Shown here: piece by piece, positions 42,662-53,101 of the stretch
Position numbering within the stretch: the stretch's first letter is position 1
Layout of the letters: each line of letters begins with the position of its first letter
NCBI GenBank assembly: GCA_963785305.1
Contig: CAWAUV010000007.1
Location: 1,472,001-1,536,000, forward strand
Origin: an uncultured Planctomycetaceae bacterium
GTDB lineage: Bacteria > Planctomycetota > Planctomycetia > Pirellulales > PALSA-1355
Reading direction: 5' to 3'
DNA: 64,000 nt
Position numbers and translations under genes: made by a program
Notes under the pieces: model-generated
Databases searched by the model: none
What the model was told of the DNA's origin: nothing
Seen by the model: the letters and a program-made list of their open reading frames with translations, nothing else

Positions 42662-43776
42662 TCAGCCGGCGAGGCTTGCGACGCCCGTGTCGGAAAGACC
42701 CCGGGGAGCGAGCGGCGCTCGGCCGCGAGCCGCTCGCCACAAGTCGCCCAAGGCCACGAGACCTCGCAGCGCCGCGAAGGCAAGTAGCGGCGAGATCATC
42801 AGGCCCCAGTACATATTGAACGGCAGTCCCACGACGCTGAACGCCACGAGATATCCGGCCACGGTCAGTCCCAGCCGGGTTCCGCCGGCCGAGTTCCAAC
42901 TGGCTACTCCCAGCAGCGCGAGCGGCAAGAAGATCGCCGTGAGCCACTGAGGCTTTCGAGCAGATAGGCGTTCATCTGGGCGGTGGAGAGCACGAAGGGG
43001 CCCGCGCCCAGGGCAAACCAACTTACCCCATGCGCGAGATCGTCGGGCTTGACGAGCGAAAGCACCTTGTACGCATGCAAGGCATAAAATACCGCATAGA
43101 GCGAAAATCCGGCCAGCCACACGCCGACTTCCTTCCACCGCCGCTCCCAAGCGGCCCAAGCGAGCGAGAGCACGCAATATGGCGCCGCCAGTTCGCGGCA
43201 AAATAGCGCGGCTAGGCCCGCGGCGACACCCAGCCGGCCGCGTCCCTGGGCATAGGCGGCAATCGAGAGGGCGACCAGCACTCCAGACCACAATTCCGTC
43301 ATCACGAAGCCCTCGCCCGTGGCCCCGACCAGCACCCCGGTGAGCGCGAACATGCTGACCATGGCGATTCCCCGCCCCGATTCGCGGCACAGCCAGCCAT
43401 AGGCCAGCCCGGCCAGCGTCAGTCCGATCGCGCCGAGCGCCAATTGGCTTAGTCGCACACTGGGCAGCGAGCCGAAGATCGCCAGCGGGGTGGGAGTGCG
43501 CCAGTTGAACACGCTTTTCGTCGGATAGCCGCGCGAGCGCAGTTCCTGGGCCGCGGCGGCATAATAGGATTCGCCGGCCTGCATCCGCTTGATCTCGGCA
43601 TTGTAGAGGTCCACGTCGCCCGGACCGGGATTCGGCCCGCGATCGACTTCGTTTTTGAGCGGCGAGAGGCTGATCGCCAAAAAGAACACGAGCACGGCGC
43701 CGGCCAGCGAGAGCACGGCGATGGCCTTGGTTCGGGAAACGCCGGAGTAATCGGTCGGCCGCACAAGCGCGATCAT
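42662..43776 (-). CDS. Polytopic membrane protein, possibly GT-C-like (frameshift ~42950)
   Basis: TM, then loop GDVDLY..GESYY..ELRSRGYP..FNWRTP, then many TMs with ELWSG, RELAAPY, NMYWG. Confidence 0.7.
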
Positions 43777-43978
43777 GGCGGGTAGGTCCTCTCGAATGTG
43801 CCGAATGTTTTGCATGCGCCGCGAGGAATGAAGATGAAGTGGAGCGGCTGGCCAAGAAAGCTTAGCTTATACCGGCCTCGGGACGGATTTCTTGGCCCTC
43901 GAGCGAAAAGCTTGTTTGGTCCCCCGGCGCCGGGTAGCTTGACGATTGTTTCCGTCACTTGTTTGAGATTTCAACGCC

Positions 43979-44221
43979 ATGCGACGATCGAACGTGCGAC
44001 GATGGATGTGGTCGGCTGTCGCGGGCGCTGTGCTTGGCGCGATCGTGAGCCTGACGACCGCCGAAGCGATCTTTCCTCAAATGCGCTTCGTGTCGGAGGT
44101 CGGCGCCGCACAAGAGTTTCACGCGCGCCTATATGGCGCGGCATGCATGGTGATTGGCGCCGCGAGCATGTTATATGCCACGAACCGATGGTTATTGAAG
44201 GAAGTTGGCCGCCGACAGTAA
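43979..44221 (+). CDS. Small two-TM hypothetical protein
   Basis: 80-aa ORF with a basic N-terminus and two hydrophobic helices, filling the gap before comF. Confidence 0.5.
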   Translation: MRRSNVRRWMWSAVAGAVLGAIVSLTTAEAIFPQMRFVSEVGAAQEFHARLYGAACMVIGAASMLYATNRWLLKEVGRRQ

Positions 44222-44259
44222 ATATTTGTCGCCATGCTTCCCCGGAAAATCTGCATCGC

Positions 44260-45053
44260 ATGTTCTTGAAATCCGCTCCCCCGCTTCTGAGCCTCGGCGC
44301 CGTGAGCCGCTTGCGGCGATGGGCCACCGGGTTCGTCGATTTAGTGTATCCGCCGCAATGCGCGCTCTGCGGGGCGTTGCCGACCGACGACGAGCCTCGC
44401 GACGATCGCGAGTTGCTCTGCCGAGAATGCCTCGCCGCGATGGTCGATCGGCAGCCCGCCTGCTCGGCTTGCGGCGGGCCCTTGCCGACCTTGAGCGGTC
44501 GCTCGCTGGCTTGCCCGCGCTGTCACCGCGAACCCACGCGGTTCGAGGCGCTGGTGCGACTGGGGCGCTACGACGGCCCACTACGCGAGGCGGTGCTACG
44601 CACCAAACGCTCGCACGGCGTCTCGCTGGCAACGTCGCTCGCGGCGGCGCTGGCTCGCGAGCGACGCGAGCAACTCGCGGCGCTCGACCTTCAAATGATC
44701 GCGCCCGTGCCCATGCACTGGACCCTGCGAATCTGGCGCGGCGCGCATGGACCCGAAACCATCGCCGCCGCGCTCGCCCGGCGGCTCGCGATTCCGCTCG
44801 ACAATCGCCTCCTGCGCCAGGTGCGGGCCACCCGCTCGCAGCACGACCTGACACCGGCCCAGCACCGCGCGAATGTGCGCGGGGCATTTCGCGTGTCTCC
44901 ACGGCGCTCGCTCGCCGGAGCTCGAGTGCTGGTGGTCGATGACGTGCTCACGACCGGCGCCACGGCCAACGAAGCAGCGCGAGTGTTGCATCGCGAGGCG
45001 CGGCGCTGGTGGCCATCGCCGTGCTGGCCCGCACTCCGTCGTTTGATCATTGA
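44260..45053 (+). CDS. comF: ComF family phosphoribosyltransferase-like protein (frameshift ~44995)
   Basis: DLVYPPQCALC..LCREC..CSACG..CPRC, PVPMH, NVRGAF, LVVDDVLTTGAT. End inferred as VAIAVLARTPSFDH*. Confidence 0.88.
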
Positions 45054-45260
45054 AACCGCCATGGCGCCCGATGCCTTCTCGTCTCCGCGGCTCCGCCTCG
45101 GTGCGTCTCCGCGCGATATCCGATCTCTCACCGAGCCGGGCGCCGACAGGAGTTTCGCGCTCGGCCGCGCGAGCCTATGATACGTTGGGTTAGCGCCGAC
45201 AAGATTCCGGCGCCAGGAACACTCGCTTTGTCTCTCGGAAGCCGGAAAGTCGGAAGTCTC

Positions 45261-46190
45261 ATGCCGATCGATCGACCGTTGCGTTTGGGAACTCGCGCCA
45301 GCGCGCTTGCCCGCTGGCAGGCGGAATGGGTGGCGGCGCGGTTAACCGCCGCGGGCATCGCGGTCGAGCTGGTTCCCATCACCACTCAGGGCGACGTGCT
45401 GCGAATGCCGATCAGCGAGGCTGGCGGGATGGGCCTATTCACAAAGGAACTTCAACACGCGCTCCTCGATCGGCGCATCGATCTCGCCGTGCATAGCCTC
45501 AAGGATTTGCCGACCGATCCGGCGCCCGGCCTCGCGCTCGCCGCCACGCCGCCCCGCGAAAGCGTGCGCGATGTGCTCTTATGCCGCGAACCGCTCGAGC
45601 TCCGTCAGCTTCCGCGGGGCGCCGTGGTGGGCACCGGCAGCTTGCGACGACGCGCGCAAACCCTTGCCTTGCGGCCCGATCTCAAGACCGCCGACATTCG
45701 CGGGAATCTCGACACCCGAATTCGCAAGCTCACCGATGGCGAGTTCGACGCGATCTTGCTAGCCGAGGCCGGCCTCAAGCGGCTGGGACTCATGGCCCGC
45801 GCGACGCAAATCTTCGATCCGCTCGAAATGCTACCGGCCGTGGGCCAGGGCGCCTTGGGCCTCGAGACTCGGAGCGACGACGAGCCTGTGCGCCGGGCCG
45901 TTGCCGCGGTCAACGACTCCGCGACATTCGCCGCCGTGACCGCCGAACGGGCGCTCTTCGCGCACCTGCGCGGCGGCTGTCTGGCGCCGGTGGGCGCCTG
46001 GGCCCGCATCGCGGAAGACGGCGCCCTCAAGCTCGACGCCGTGGTGCTCAGCGCCGATGGGGACCGGCGGCTCGCGGCCGAAAGCGCCGGAGATCTCGAC
46101 GAAGCCGCGGCGCTCGGCCGCCTCGTGGCCGAACAACTCATTTCCCAGGGCGCGAGCGAACTGATCCTCCAAAGCCGCGCCAGTCGCTGA
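45261..46190 (+). CDS. hemC: Hydroxymethylbilane synthase
   Basis: GTRASALARWQ, GLFTKEL, AVHSLKD, GTGSLRR, IRGNLDTR, LPAVGQGAL, GGCLAPVG. Confidence 0.97.
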   Translation: MPIDRPLRLGTRASALARWQAEWVAARLTAAGIAVELVPITTQGDVLRMPISEAGGMGLFTKELQHALLDRRIDLAVHSLKDLPTDPAPGLALAATPPRESVRDVLLCREPLELRQLPRGAVVGTGSLRRRAQTLALRPDLKTADIRGNLDTRIRKLTDGEFDAILLAEAGLKRLGLMARATQIFDPLEMLPAVGQGALGLETRSDDEPVRRAVAAVNDSATFAAVTAERALFAHLRGGCLAPVGAWARIAEDGALKLDAVVLSADGDRRLAAESAGDLDEAAALGRLVAEQLISQGASELILQSRASR

Positions 46191-46195
46191 CCAAA

Positions 46196-46334
46196 CCCTC
46201 TCCCCGAGGGAGAAGCCGCCGAAAAAGCCGCCGGTCGAGGGGTCTTCGCGGCGCTGCTAGCACGCCTGATTTCCTCGCGCGGCGCGCCATCATTCGGCTC
46301 GCCGCGCTCGCCACCTTCGCCCCGGGGGAGAAGG
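46196..46334. repeat. Degenerate REP-like palindrome pair (CCTTCNCCCNNGGGAGAAGG type)
   Basis: CCCTCTCCCCGAGGGAGAAG at 46196 and CCTTCGCCCCGGGGGAGAAGG at 46314. Confidence 0.5.
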
Positions 46335-46479
46335 ATTCGCGAGCGCGGCTTCGACGTTGCCCTGTCGACGATGGTTCGCTATTGTACCGGCCTCGCGGGC
46401 GGCGCCGGCGCAAGGATCGCGTTCGAGGGCGCCTTGCCGCATGGAGCGTTGGCTCGGAAATAATTCCCACGGAGGGGTC

Positions 46480-48289
46480 ATGTATAAGTTTCTGCTTTGC
46501 TGGCGATATCTGCGCACTCGCTACATCGCCTTGGCCTCGGTCATCAGCGTGATGCTCGGCGTGGCCACGATGATCGTGGTCAATAGCGTGATGGCCGGCT
46601 TTACCCATGAAATGCAGAACCGCATTCATGGCATCCTGTCGGACGTGGTGGTCGAAAGCCATAGCCTCGAGGGCTTTCACGATCCCGAGTGGCACATGCA
46701 GCGAATTCGGCAGGTGGCCGGTAAATATGTCGAAGGCATGACGCCGACGGTGGTCGTGCCGGCGATGCTCAACTTTCAGGTGCGTGGCCAGTGGATCACG
46801 CGGCCGGTGAGCTTGATCGGCGTCGAGGAAGCCACCCACGGCAAGGTCAGCGACTTCGCCAATTTCCTGCAGCATCCGGAGAATCGAAAGAATCTCAGCT
46901 TCAAGCTTCGCGACGGCGGCTACGATGTCGACGATCATCAGGCCCGGCCCGGCGCCCACGGACCGCAGCGCACCGATTTGCAAAACGCCGGCTGGCCGCT
47001 CCGCCGCTATCAAGCCGCGCAGGCCAAGCGCTTCGCCGAGTTCATGGCCACCCGTTCGCCCGGCGATCCGGTGGCAAGCGCCACGCCGAGCAACGCCGCT
47101 CCGACCATCGAGCCGCCATCCGAAGAATCGCCGGCGCCGGTCGATGCATCGGCGCCCGAGAAGAATAGCGAGACCGCGCCGTCGGACGATCCCGATTCCA
47201 AACCCGAATCTCGCGAACAGCAAATTTTTGGCGATGCCCCACCGGCCGAGCCCGCGGCGAGCCCGGCCCTGGCGCCCGATGCCAACGCGGCCACGGAGCC
47301 GAGCTCGATCGAGCCAGCCACGAGTCGGCCCGACGAAGAAATCGCCCAGGGCGAGCGCCCGCCGCTCGAAGACCCATTTCGCGCTCGCAATCCGTTTGGC
47401 GCCGAATCGCAAAACGTGTTTGACCCGGCGCGAACAACACACCGGCATCGTGCTCGGCATCAGCTTGGCCAGCTTTCGCACTTCCGAGGGCCAAGATCGG
47501 TTCATGGTGCTGCCGGGCCAAGATGTGAAGCTCACCTTGCCCACGGCCGGCACTCCGCCCAAGGCCGTGACCGACAATTTCACGATCATTGACTTCTACG
47601 AGAGCAAGATGAGCGAATACGACTCGAACTTCGTGTTCGCCCCGATCGAGCGCGTGCAACAACTGCGCGGCATGATCGACCCGCAATCAGGCATCGGCAA
47701 CGTGACCTCGATTCAAATCAAGCTGCGAAGCGAGGCCGATGGTCCATTGGTCCGGGATTTGCTTCGTGGAACATTCCCACCGGAAATCTACTCGATTCAG
47801 ACCTGGCGCGACAAGCAAGGCGCGCTGCTCGCCGCCGTGGGAATGGAAACCGCGATTCTCAACGTGCTTTTATTCTTGATCATCGCCGTGGCGGGCTTCG
47901 GCATTCTGGCGATTTTCTACATGATCGTCGTCGAGAAGACCAAGGATATCGGCATTCTGAAAGCCCTGGGCGCCCACGGCCGCGGAATTATGGGAATCTT
48001 TTTGGGCTATGGAGTATCGCTCGGCATGGTCGGCTCGGGCGTGGGCATGGTGATCGGCCTCGTGTTCGTGGCCAATATCAATGGAATCGCCAAGCTCTTG
48101 GCCCGGATCACGGGGCACGAAGTGTTCGATCCCTCGATTTACTATTTTCAGGAAATCCCCACGATCGTCGAACCGTTCACGGTGCTCTGGATCGTCGGGG
48201 GGGCAATTGCGATCGCGGTCACGGCCGGTGTTTTGCCGGCCTATCGCGCGGCGGGTTTGCATCCTGTGGAGGCACTGCGATATGAGTGA
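46480..48289 (+). CDS. lolC: LolC/E-type lipoprotein-releasing ABC permease with large insertion (frameshift ~47430)
   Basis: RYLR..ISVMLGVATMIVVNSVMAGF, V.EKTKDIGILKALGA, IYY..EIP, PAYRAAGLHPVEALRYE. Confidence 0.88.
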
Positions 48290-49147
48290 CACGCATCATC
48301 CCCTCGCCGCCGAGCGCGTGGCGCTTTTCGACCCGGGCCTCAACGCCGCGCCGGTCATCAAGCCGCCGCGCGCGGCCGACGACTGCGCATCGAGTTCGCT
48401 CCCCAATCGGCATTCGCGAGGACCGCGAGGTGATTCCGATCTCCACGGCTTCGAGCCCGCATCTCTCGGCGACCGATCTTTGTAAAAGCTACCGCAAGGG
48501 CGGCGTCGAGATTCCCGTGCTGCGCGGAGTGGAACTGAGCGTGCGCGAGGGCGAGTTTCTTTCGATCGTCGGGCAAAGCGGCAGCGGAAAAAGCACCTTG
48601 CTGCATTTGCTCGGCACGCTCGACGCGCCCGACTCGGGCGAAATCCATTTCCAGGGACATCGGATCGACAACCTCTCGACCCTGGGCCGCGACGCGCTGC
48701 GAAACAAACAGTTCGGCATGATCTTTCAGTTCTATCATTTGCTGCCCGAGCTCTCGACGGTGGAAAACGTGCTCGCGCCGCTGATGATCGCCGAAGGCGC
48801 GTGGAGCTACTTTCGCAAGCGAAAACAATACATCGCCCAGGCCAGCGAGTTGCTCCAATTGGTCGGGCTCGGCCATCGACTCAAACACAAGCCGCGCGAG
48901 CTCTCGGGCGGCGAAATGCAGCGGGCGGCCATTGCCCGCGCGCTCGTGGCCGGACCGCGATTGCTGTTGGCCGACGAGCCCACCGGCAATCTCGACGCCG
49001 CGACCGGCCGCGAGATTCTCGAGCTGCTTCGCGCGCCTCAACGAGCAGCAGCGGCTAACCGTGATCATGGTCACGCACGACCCGGTGATCGCCGATCTGG
49101 CCGATCGCTCGGTGCGCCTCGCGGCCGGACAAGTCGTCGCGGCCTGA
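48282..49147 (+). CDS. lolD: LolD-type ABC ATP-binding protein (frameshift ~49030; start uncertain)
   Basis: GQSGSGKST, FQFYHLLPEL, LSGGEMQR, LLADEPTGNLD, MVTHD. Confidence 0.9.
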
Positions 49148-49319
49148 ATCGCGAGTCCGGCAAGCTCCAAGGTCGCGTCGAAGCCGAGCCGAGCGATCGG
49201 CTTCGGCCGGGGCGTGTTCCCCCCGCGGCTCGCGAACTTCGGGCGCCTGCTATGCGCCGCGGACTCGGCCGGTTATGATGGCGAGATTCGTTTCGCCCCC
49301 ACCCCAGGAAGTTCCGCGA

Positions 49320-50222
49320 ATGGCATCCATCAAGCCGAAGCCGTCGGCCGAAACCAAGGAACCGATCGAGCGCAAGGTTTTCATCGCCGGCAAGTTTTAT
49401 GACAAACGCGACGCGAAGATCAGTGTCTATGACCACGGCTTGCTCTATGGCGACGGCGTGTTCGAGGGGCTGCGCAGCTACAACGGCCGCGTGTTTCGGC
49501 TCGATGCGCATTTGACCCGGCTCTGGGAATCGGCCAAGGCGATTCTGCTCGAAATTCCCATGTCGCGCGAGGCGATCGCCAAGGCGATCCACGACACGCT
49601 CGCCGCGAACCAAATCATCGATGGCTATATCCGGCTCGTGGTCACGCGCGGCGCCGGCTCCCTGGGGCTCGATCCGCACAAGACCAGCGACCCGCAAGTG
49701 ATTGTCATCGCCGATCATATCGCGCTCTATCCCGACGAGCTCTATCAACATGGGCTCGACATCATCACGGCCAGCACGGTGCGCACCCATCCCGCGGCGC
49801 TCAGCGCCCGGATCAAGAGCCTCAACTACCTCAACAACATCATGGCCAAGCTCGAGGGGCTCAAGGCCGGGTGCATCGAAGCGCTCATGCTCAACAGCAA
49901 GGGCGAAGTGGCCGAATGCACGGGCGACAATATATTCCTGGTCCGCGACAAAACTCTGCTCACGCCGCCGATCGACGCCGGCATTCTGGCGGGCATAACT
50001 CGCGGCGCGGTGATGGAGCTCGCGGTCGAGGCGGGCATTGCCGTGCGCGAGATCGCGCTCACGCGCCACGATGTCTATATCGCCGACGAATGTTTCCTCA
50101 CCGGCACGGCCGCCGAAGTGATTCCCGTCGTGCGCGTCGATAGTCGCGTCATCGGCGCCGGAAAGCCGGGCCCGATCACGCGCGATTTGAAAGATCGATT
50201 CCACCGCCTGGCGCGAGCCTGA
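49320..50222 (+). CDS. ilvE: Branched-chain amino acid aminotransferase
   Basis: DHGLLYGDGVFEG, IKSLNYLNN, ECTGDNIF, LAGITR, FLTGTAAE. Confidence 0.95.
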   Translation: MASIKPKPSAETKEPIERKVFIAGKFYDKRDAKISVYDHGLLYGDGVFEGLRSYNGRVFRLDAHLTRLWESAKAILLEIPMSREAIAKAIHDTLAANQIIDGYIRLVVTRGAGSLGLDPHKTSDPQVIVIADHIALYPDELYQHGLDIITASTVRTHPAALSARIKSLNYLNNIMAKLEGLKAGCIEALMLNSKGEVAECTGDNIFLVRDKTLLTPPIDAGILAGITRGAVMELAVEAGIAVREIALTRHDVYIADECFLTGTAAEVIPVVRVDSRVIGAGKPGPITRDLKDRFHRLARA

Positions 50223-50377
50223 CGATTCGAATCGCCGGCGCCCGATCTTGCGCCGAGCGGACCCAGCGCCGATGGGGGGCGCGGCGGACCGCGGCGCGAG
50301 ATGTCGAACATCCGCCGGCGAATTCAATCGCGATGCCTATCGCCCGCGTTAATTTTTTTCCGAGGAAGGCGTCCACC

Positions 50378-51754
50378 ATGCAACCGACGAGCTATTCCAC
50401 GTTTATCGAGGCGAATCGTGCCCGCTACGAGCAGGAGCTCTTCGAATTGCTCCGCATTCCAAGCGTCAGCGCCGATAGCGCCTACCGGGCCGATGTGCGC
50501 CGGGCAGCCGACTGGATGGTCGCTCGCTTTCAGCGCATGGGGCTCGCGGTGGAGCTTATCAAAACCGGCGGCAATCCGATCGTGTTCGCCCAATCGCCGC
50601 CCGTGGCGGGCGCTCCGACGGTGCTGGTTTACGGTCACTACGATGTGCAGCCGCCCGACCCGCTGGGGGAATGGCATTCGCCGCCCTTCGAGCCCACGGT
50701 GCGCGACGGCGCCGTGGTTGCCCGCGGCGCCACCGACGACAAAGGCCAGATGCTCACGCATGTCAACGCGGCCGATGCCTGGCTCGGCGCCGCGGGCCGG
50801 CTGCCGGTGCAATTGAAGTTCCTGATCGAAGGCGAGGAGGAGGTGGGCAGCGAGAGCCTCGACCATGTGCTCGGCGCCCGCGCCAAGGACCTCGCTTGCG
50901 ATGTGGTGGTGATTAGCGACACCTCGCAATTTGGCCCCGGGCAACCGGCGATCACCTACGGCCTGCGCGGCATCGCCTATTTCGAGCTCCTGGTCACGGG
51001 GCCGAAGCAGGACCTGCACTCCGGCACATTCGGCGGAGCGGTGGTGAATCCGGCCAATGTGCTTTGCGAACTGCTCGCGGGCCTCGCCGACTCCGATCGC
51101 CGAGTGCGCGTGCCGGGTTTTTACGACGATGTGATTCCGCTCGATGCTTCGGAGCGAAGCCAATTGGCGGCGCTGCCTTTTGATGAAGAGGAGTTCAAGC
51201 TCCGGATTGGAGTCAAGGGACTTCGGGGCGAGGCCGGCTACACGACGCTCGAGCGCCGCGGCGCTCGCCCGACCTACGATATCAACGGTCTCTGGAGCGG
51301 CTATCAGGGCGAAGGCGCCAAAACGATTCTGCCCGCGCGGGCCGGCGCGAAGTTCAGCTTTCGGCTCGTGCCGCGGCAAGACCCGAAGAAAATCGCCGTG
51401 GCGCTCGAGGCTTATCTGCGCGAGCGGGCGCCGGCCGGGGTGACGCTCGAGTTGATCGCGCACTCGGGCGCGCCGGGAGTGCTCACGCCCCTCGACAGCA
51501 AGTATGTGGCGGCGGCCCGGCGGGCGATCGCGCATGCCTTCGGCCGCGCGCCGCTCATGATTCGCGAGGGCGGATCGATCCCCGTGGTGGGCGCCTTTCA
51601 CGAAGTGCTGGGAGCGGATACGTTACTGTTGGGCTGGGGCCAGGACGACGACAACACGCATGGCCCCAACGAAAAATTCCGCCTCGCCGACTTTCACCGC
51701 GGCATCCAAGCGAGCGCTCGCTTGTGGGATGAACTGTCGCGACTCGACTTTTGA
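50378..51754 (+). CDS. M20 family dipeptidase
   Basis: YGHYDVQP, ARGATDDKG, EGEEEVGS, DLHSG, EGGSIP, HGPNE. Confidence 0.93.
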   Translation: MQPTSYSTFIEANRARYEQELFELLRIPSVSADSAYRADVRRAADWMVARFQRMGLAVELIKTGGNPIVFAQSPPVAGAPTVLVYGHYDVQPPDPLGEWHSPPFEPTVRDGAVVARGATDDKGQMLTHVNAADAWLGAAGRLPVQLKFLIEGEEEVGSESLDHVLGARAKDLACDVVVISDTSQFGPGQPAITYGLRGIAYFELLVTGPKQDLHSGTFGGAVVNPANVLCELLAGLADSDRRVRVPGFYDDVIPLDASERSQLAALPFDEEEFKLRIGVKGLRGEAGYTTLERRGARPTYDINGLWSGYQGEGAKTILPARAGAKFSFRLVPRQDPKKIAVALEAYLRERAPAGVTLELIAHSGAPGVLTPLDSKYVAAARRAIAHAFGRAPLMIREGGSIPVVGAFHEVLGADTLLLGWGQDDDNTHGPNEKFRLADFHRGIQASARLWDELSRLDF

Positions 51755-51776
51755 GCCCTCCCAAACCGGATGACCT

Positions 51777-53064
51777 ATGCTCGACCGTAAATTCGTGGCC
51801 GAAAACTTGGAGCTCGTGCGGCGAAACTGCGAGCATCGCGGCGCCAAGGCCGATCTCGATCGCTTTGCCCAGCTCGAAACCCAGCGCCGCGAGAATCAGG
51901 CCGCGCTCGACGAGTTGAATCGCCAAGCCAACGAAGTGAGCAAGTCGATCGGCAGGGCAAAGGACCCCGCCGAGCGCGAGCGAGCCAAGGAAGAAGGCCG
52001 CCGTTTGCGTGAGGAAGCCGCCGCGGCCCAAGCGCGCCTCGACCAAACCCTGGCCGACGCGGAGGTAATTCTCCGCGCGATTCCCAACCTGACCCACCCC
52101 GATGCCCCGCTCGGGGCCGACGATCAGGCGAATCTTGAAGTCGCCCGCGGCCGGCACGAGCCCCGCAAGTTCGACTTCAAGCCGCTCGATCATGTCGATC
52201 TCGGCGCGAAGCTCGACCTCTTCGATTTCGAGGCCGGCGCCAAGGTCACCGGAGCGGGATTCTACTTTCTCAAAAACGACGCCGTGCTGCTCGAGCTCGC
52301 GCTCCAGCAATACGCGGTGCGGCTGCTGATCGAACACGGCTTCACGCCCATGATCACACCCGACTTGGCCCGCAATGAAATCCTGCAAGGCACGGGCTAC
52401 ATTCCCCGGGGCCCGGAAACGCAAATCTATAGCATCGCTGACACCGATTTGAGTCTCGTGGCCACGGCCGAGATCACGCTCGGCGGGCTCCTGGCCGGCG
52501 AAATTCTGGACGCCGAACGGCTTCCGCTCAAATACTGCGGCATCAGCCACTGCTACCGCACCGAGGCGGGCGCCGGCGGACGCGCGTTCGCGCGGCTTGT
52601 ATCGCGTGCATCAGTTCACCAAGGTCGAAATGTTCGCCTTCACCTTGCCCGGGCAAAGCAATGCGACGCTCGACGAATTTCGCGACTTGGAATGCCGGAT
52701 TTTCGATGGGCTCGGGATTCCCTACCGAGTGGTCGACACCGCCAGCGGCGATCTGGGCGGACCGGCCTATCGCAAGTTCGATCTCGAAGCTTGGATGCCC
52801 GGCCGCGGCGCCGCGGGCGAATATGGCGAGGTGACCAGCACCTCGAATTGCACCGACTATCAGGCCCGGCGGCTGGGAATTCGCTACCGCAACAAAGGCG
52901 AAAAGGGCACGGCCTTCGTCCACACCCTCAATGGCACCGCGGTGGCGATCAGCCGGGCAATCATCGCCGTGCTTGAGAATTATCAAGAGGCCGATGGCTC
53001 GATCACGGTGCCCGAAGCCCTGCGCCCCCATATGGGGAAGGACCGGATCGCGGCGAGAACATGA
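51777..53064 (+). CDS. serS: Serine--tRNA ligase (frameshift ~52587)
   Basis: MLD start, coiled arm, IPN, ATAEI, CYRTEAG, YRVHQFTKVE, STSNCTDYQARR, HTLNGT. Confidence 0.96.
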
Positions 53065-53101
53065 TGCTCGCTCCGCATCCCATACGGAAAAGGTAGCTAA
53101 C

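Noticed and set aside
51777..53064. Pseudogene or programmed-frameshift call for serS and other split genes
   Set aside because: Essential genes are affected, there are no in-frame stops or slippery-site pattern, and sequencing indels are more parsimonious.
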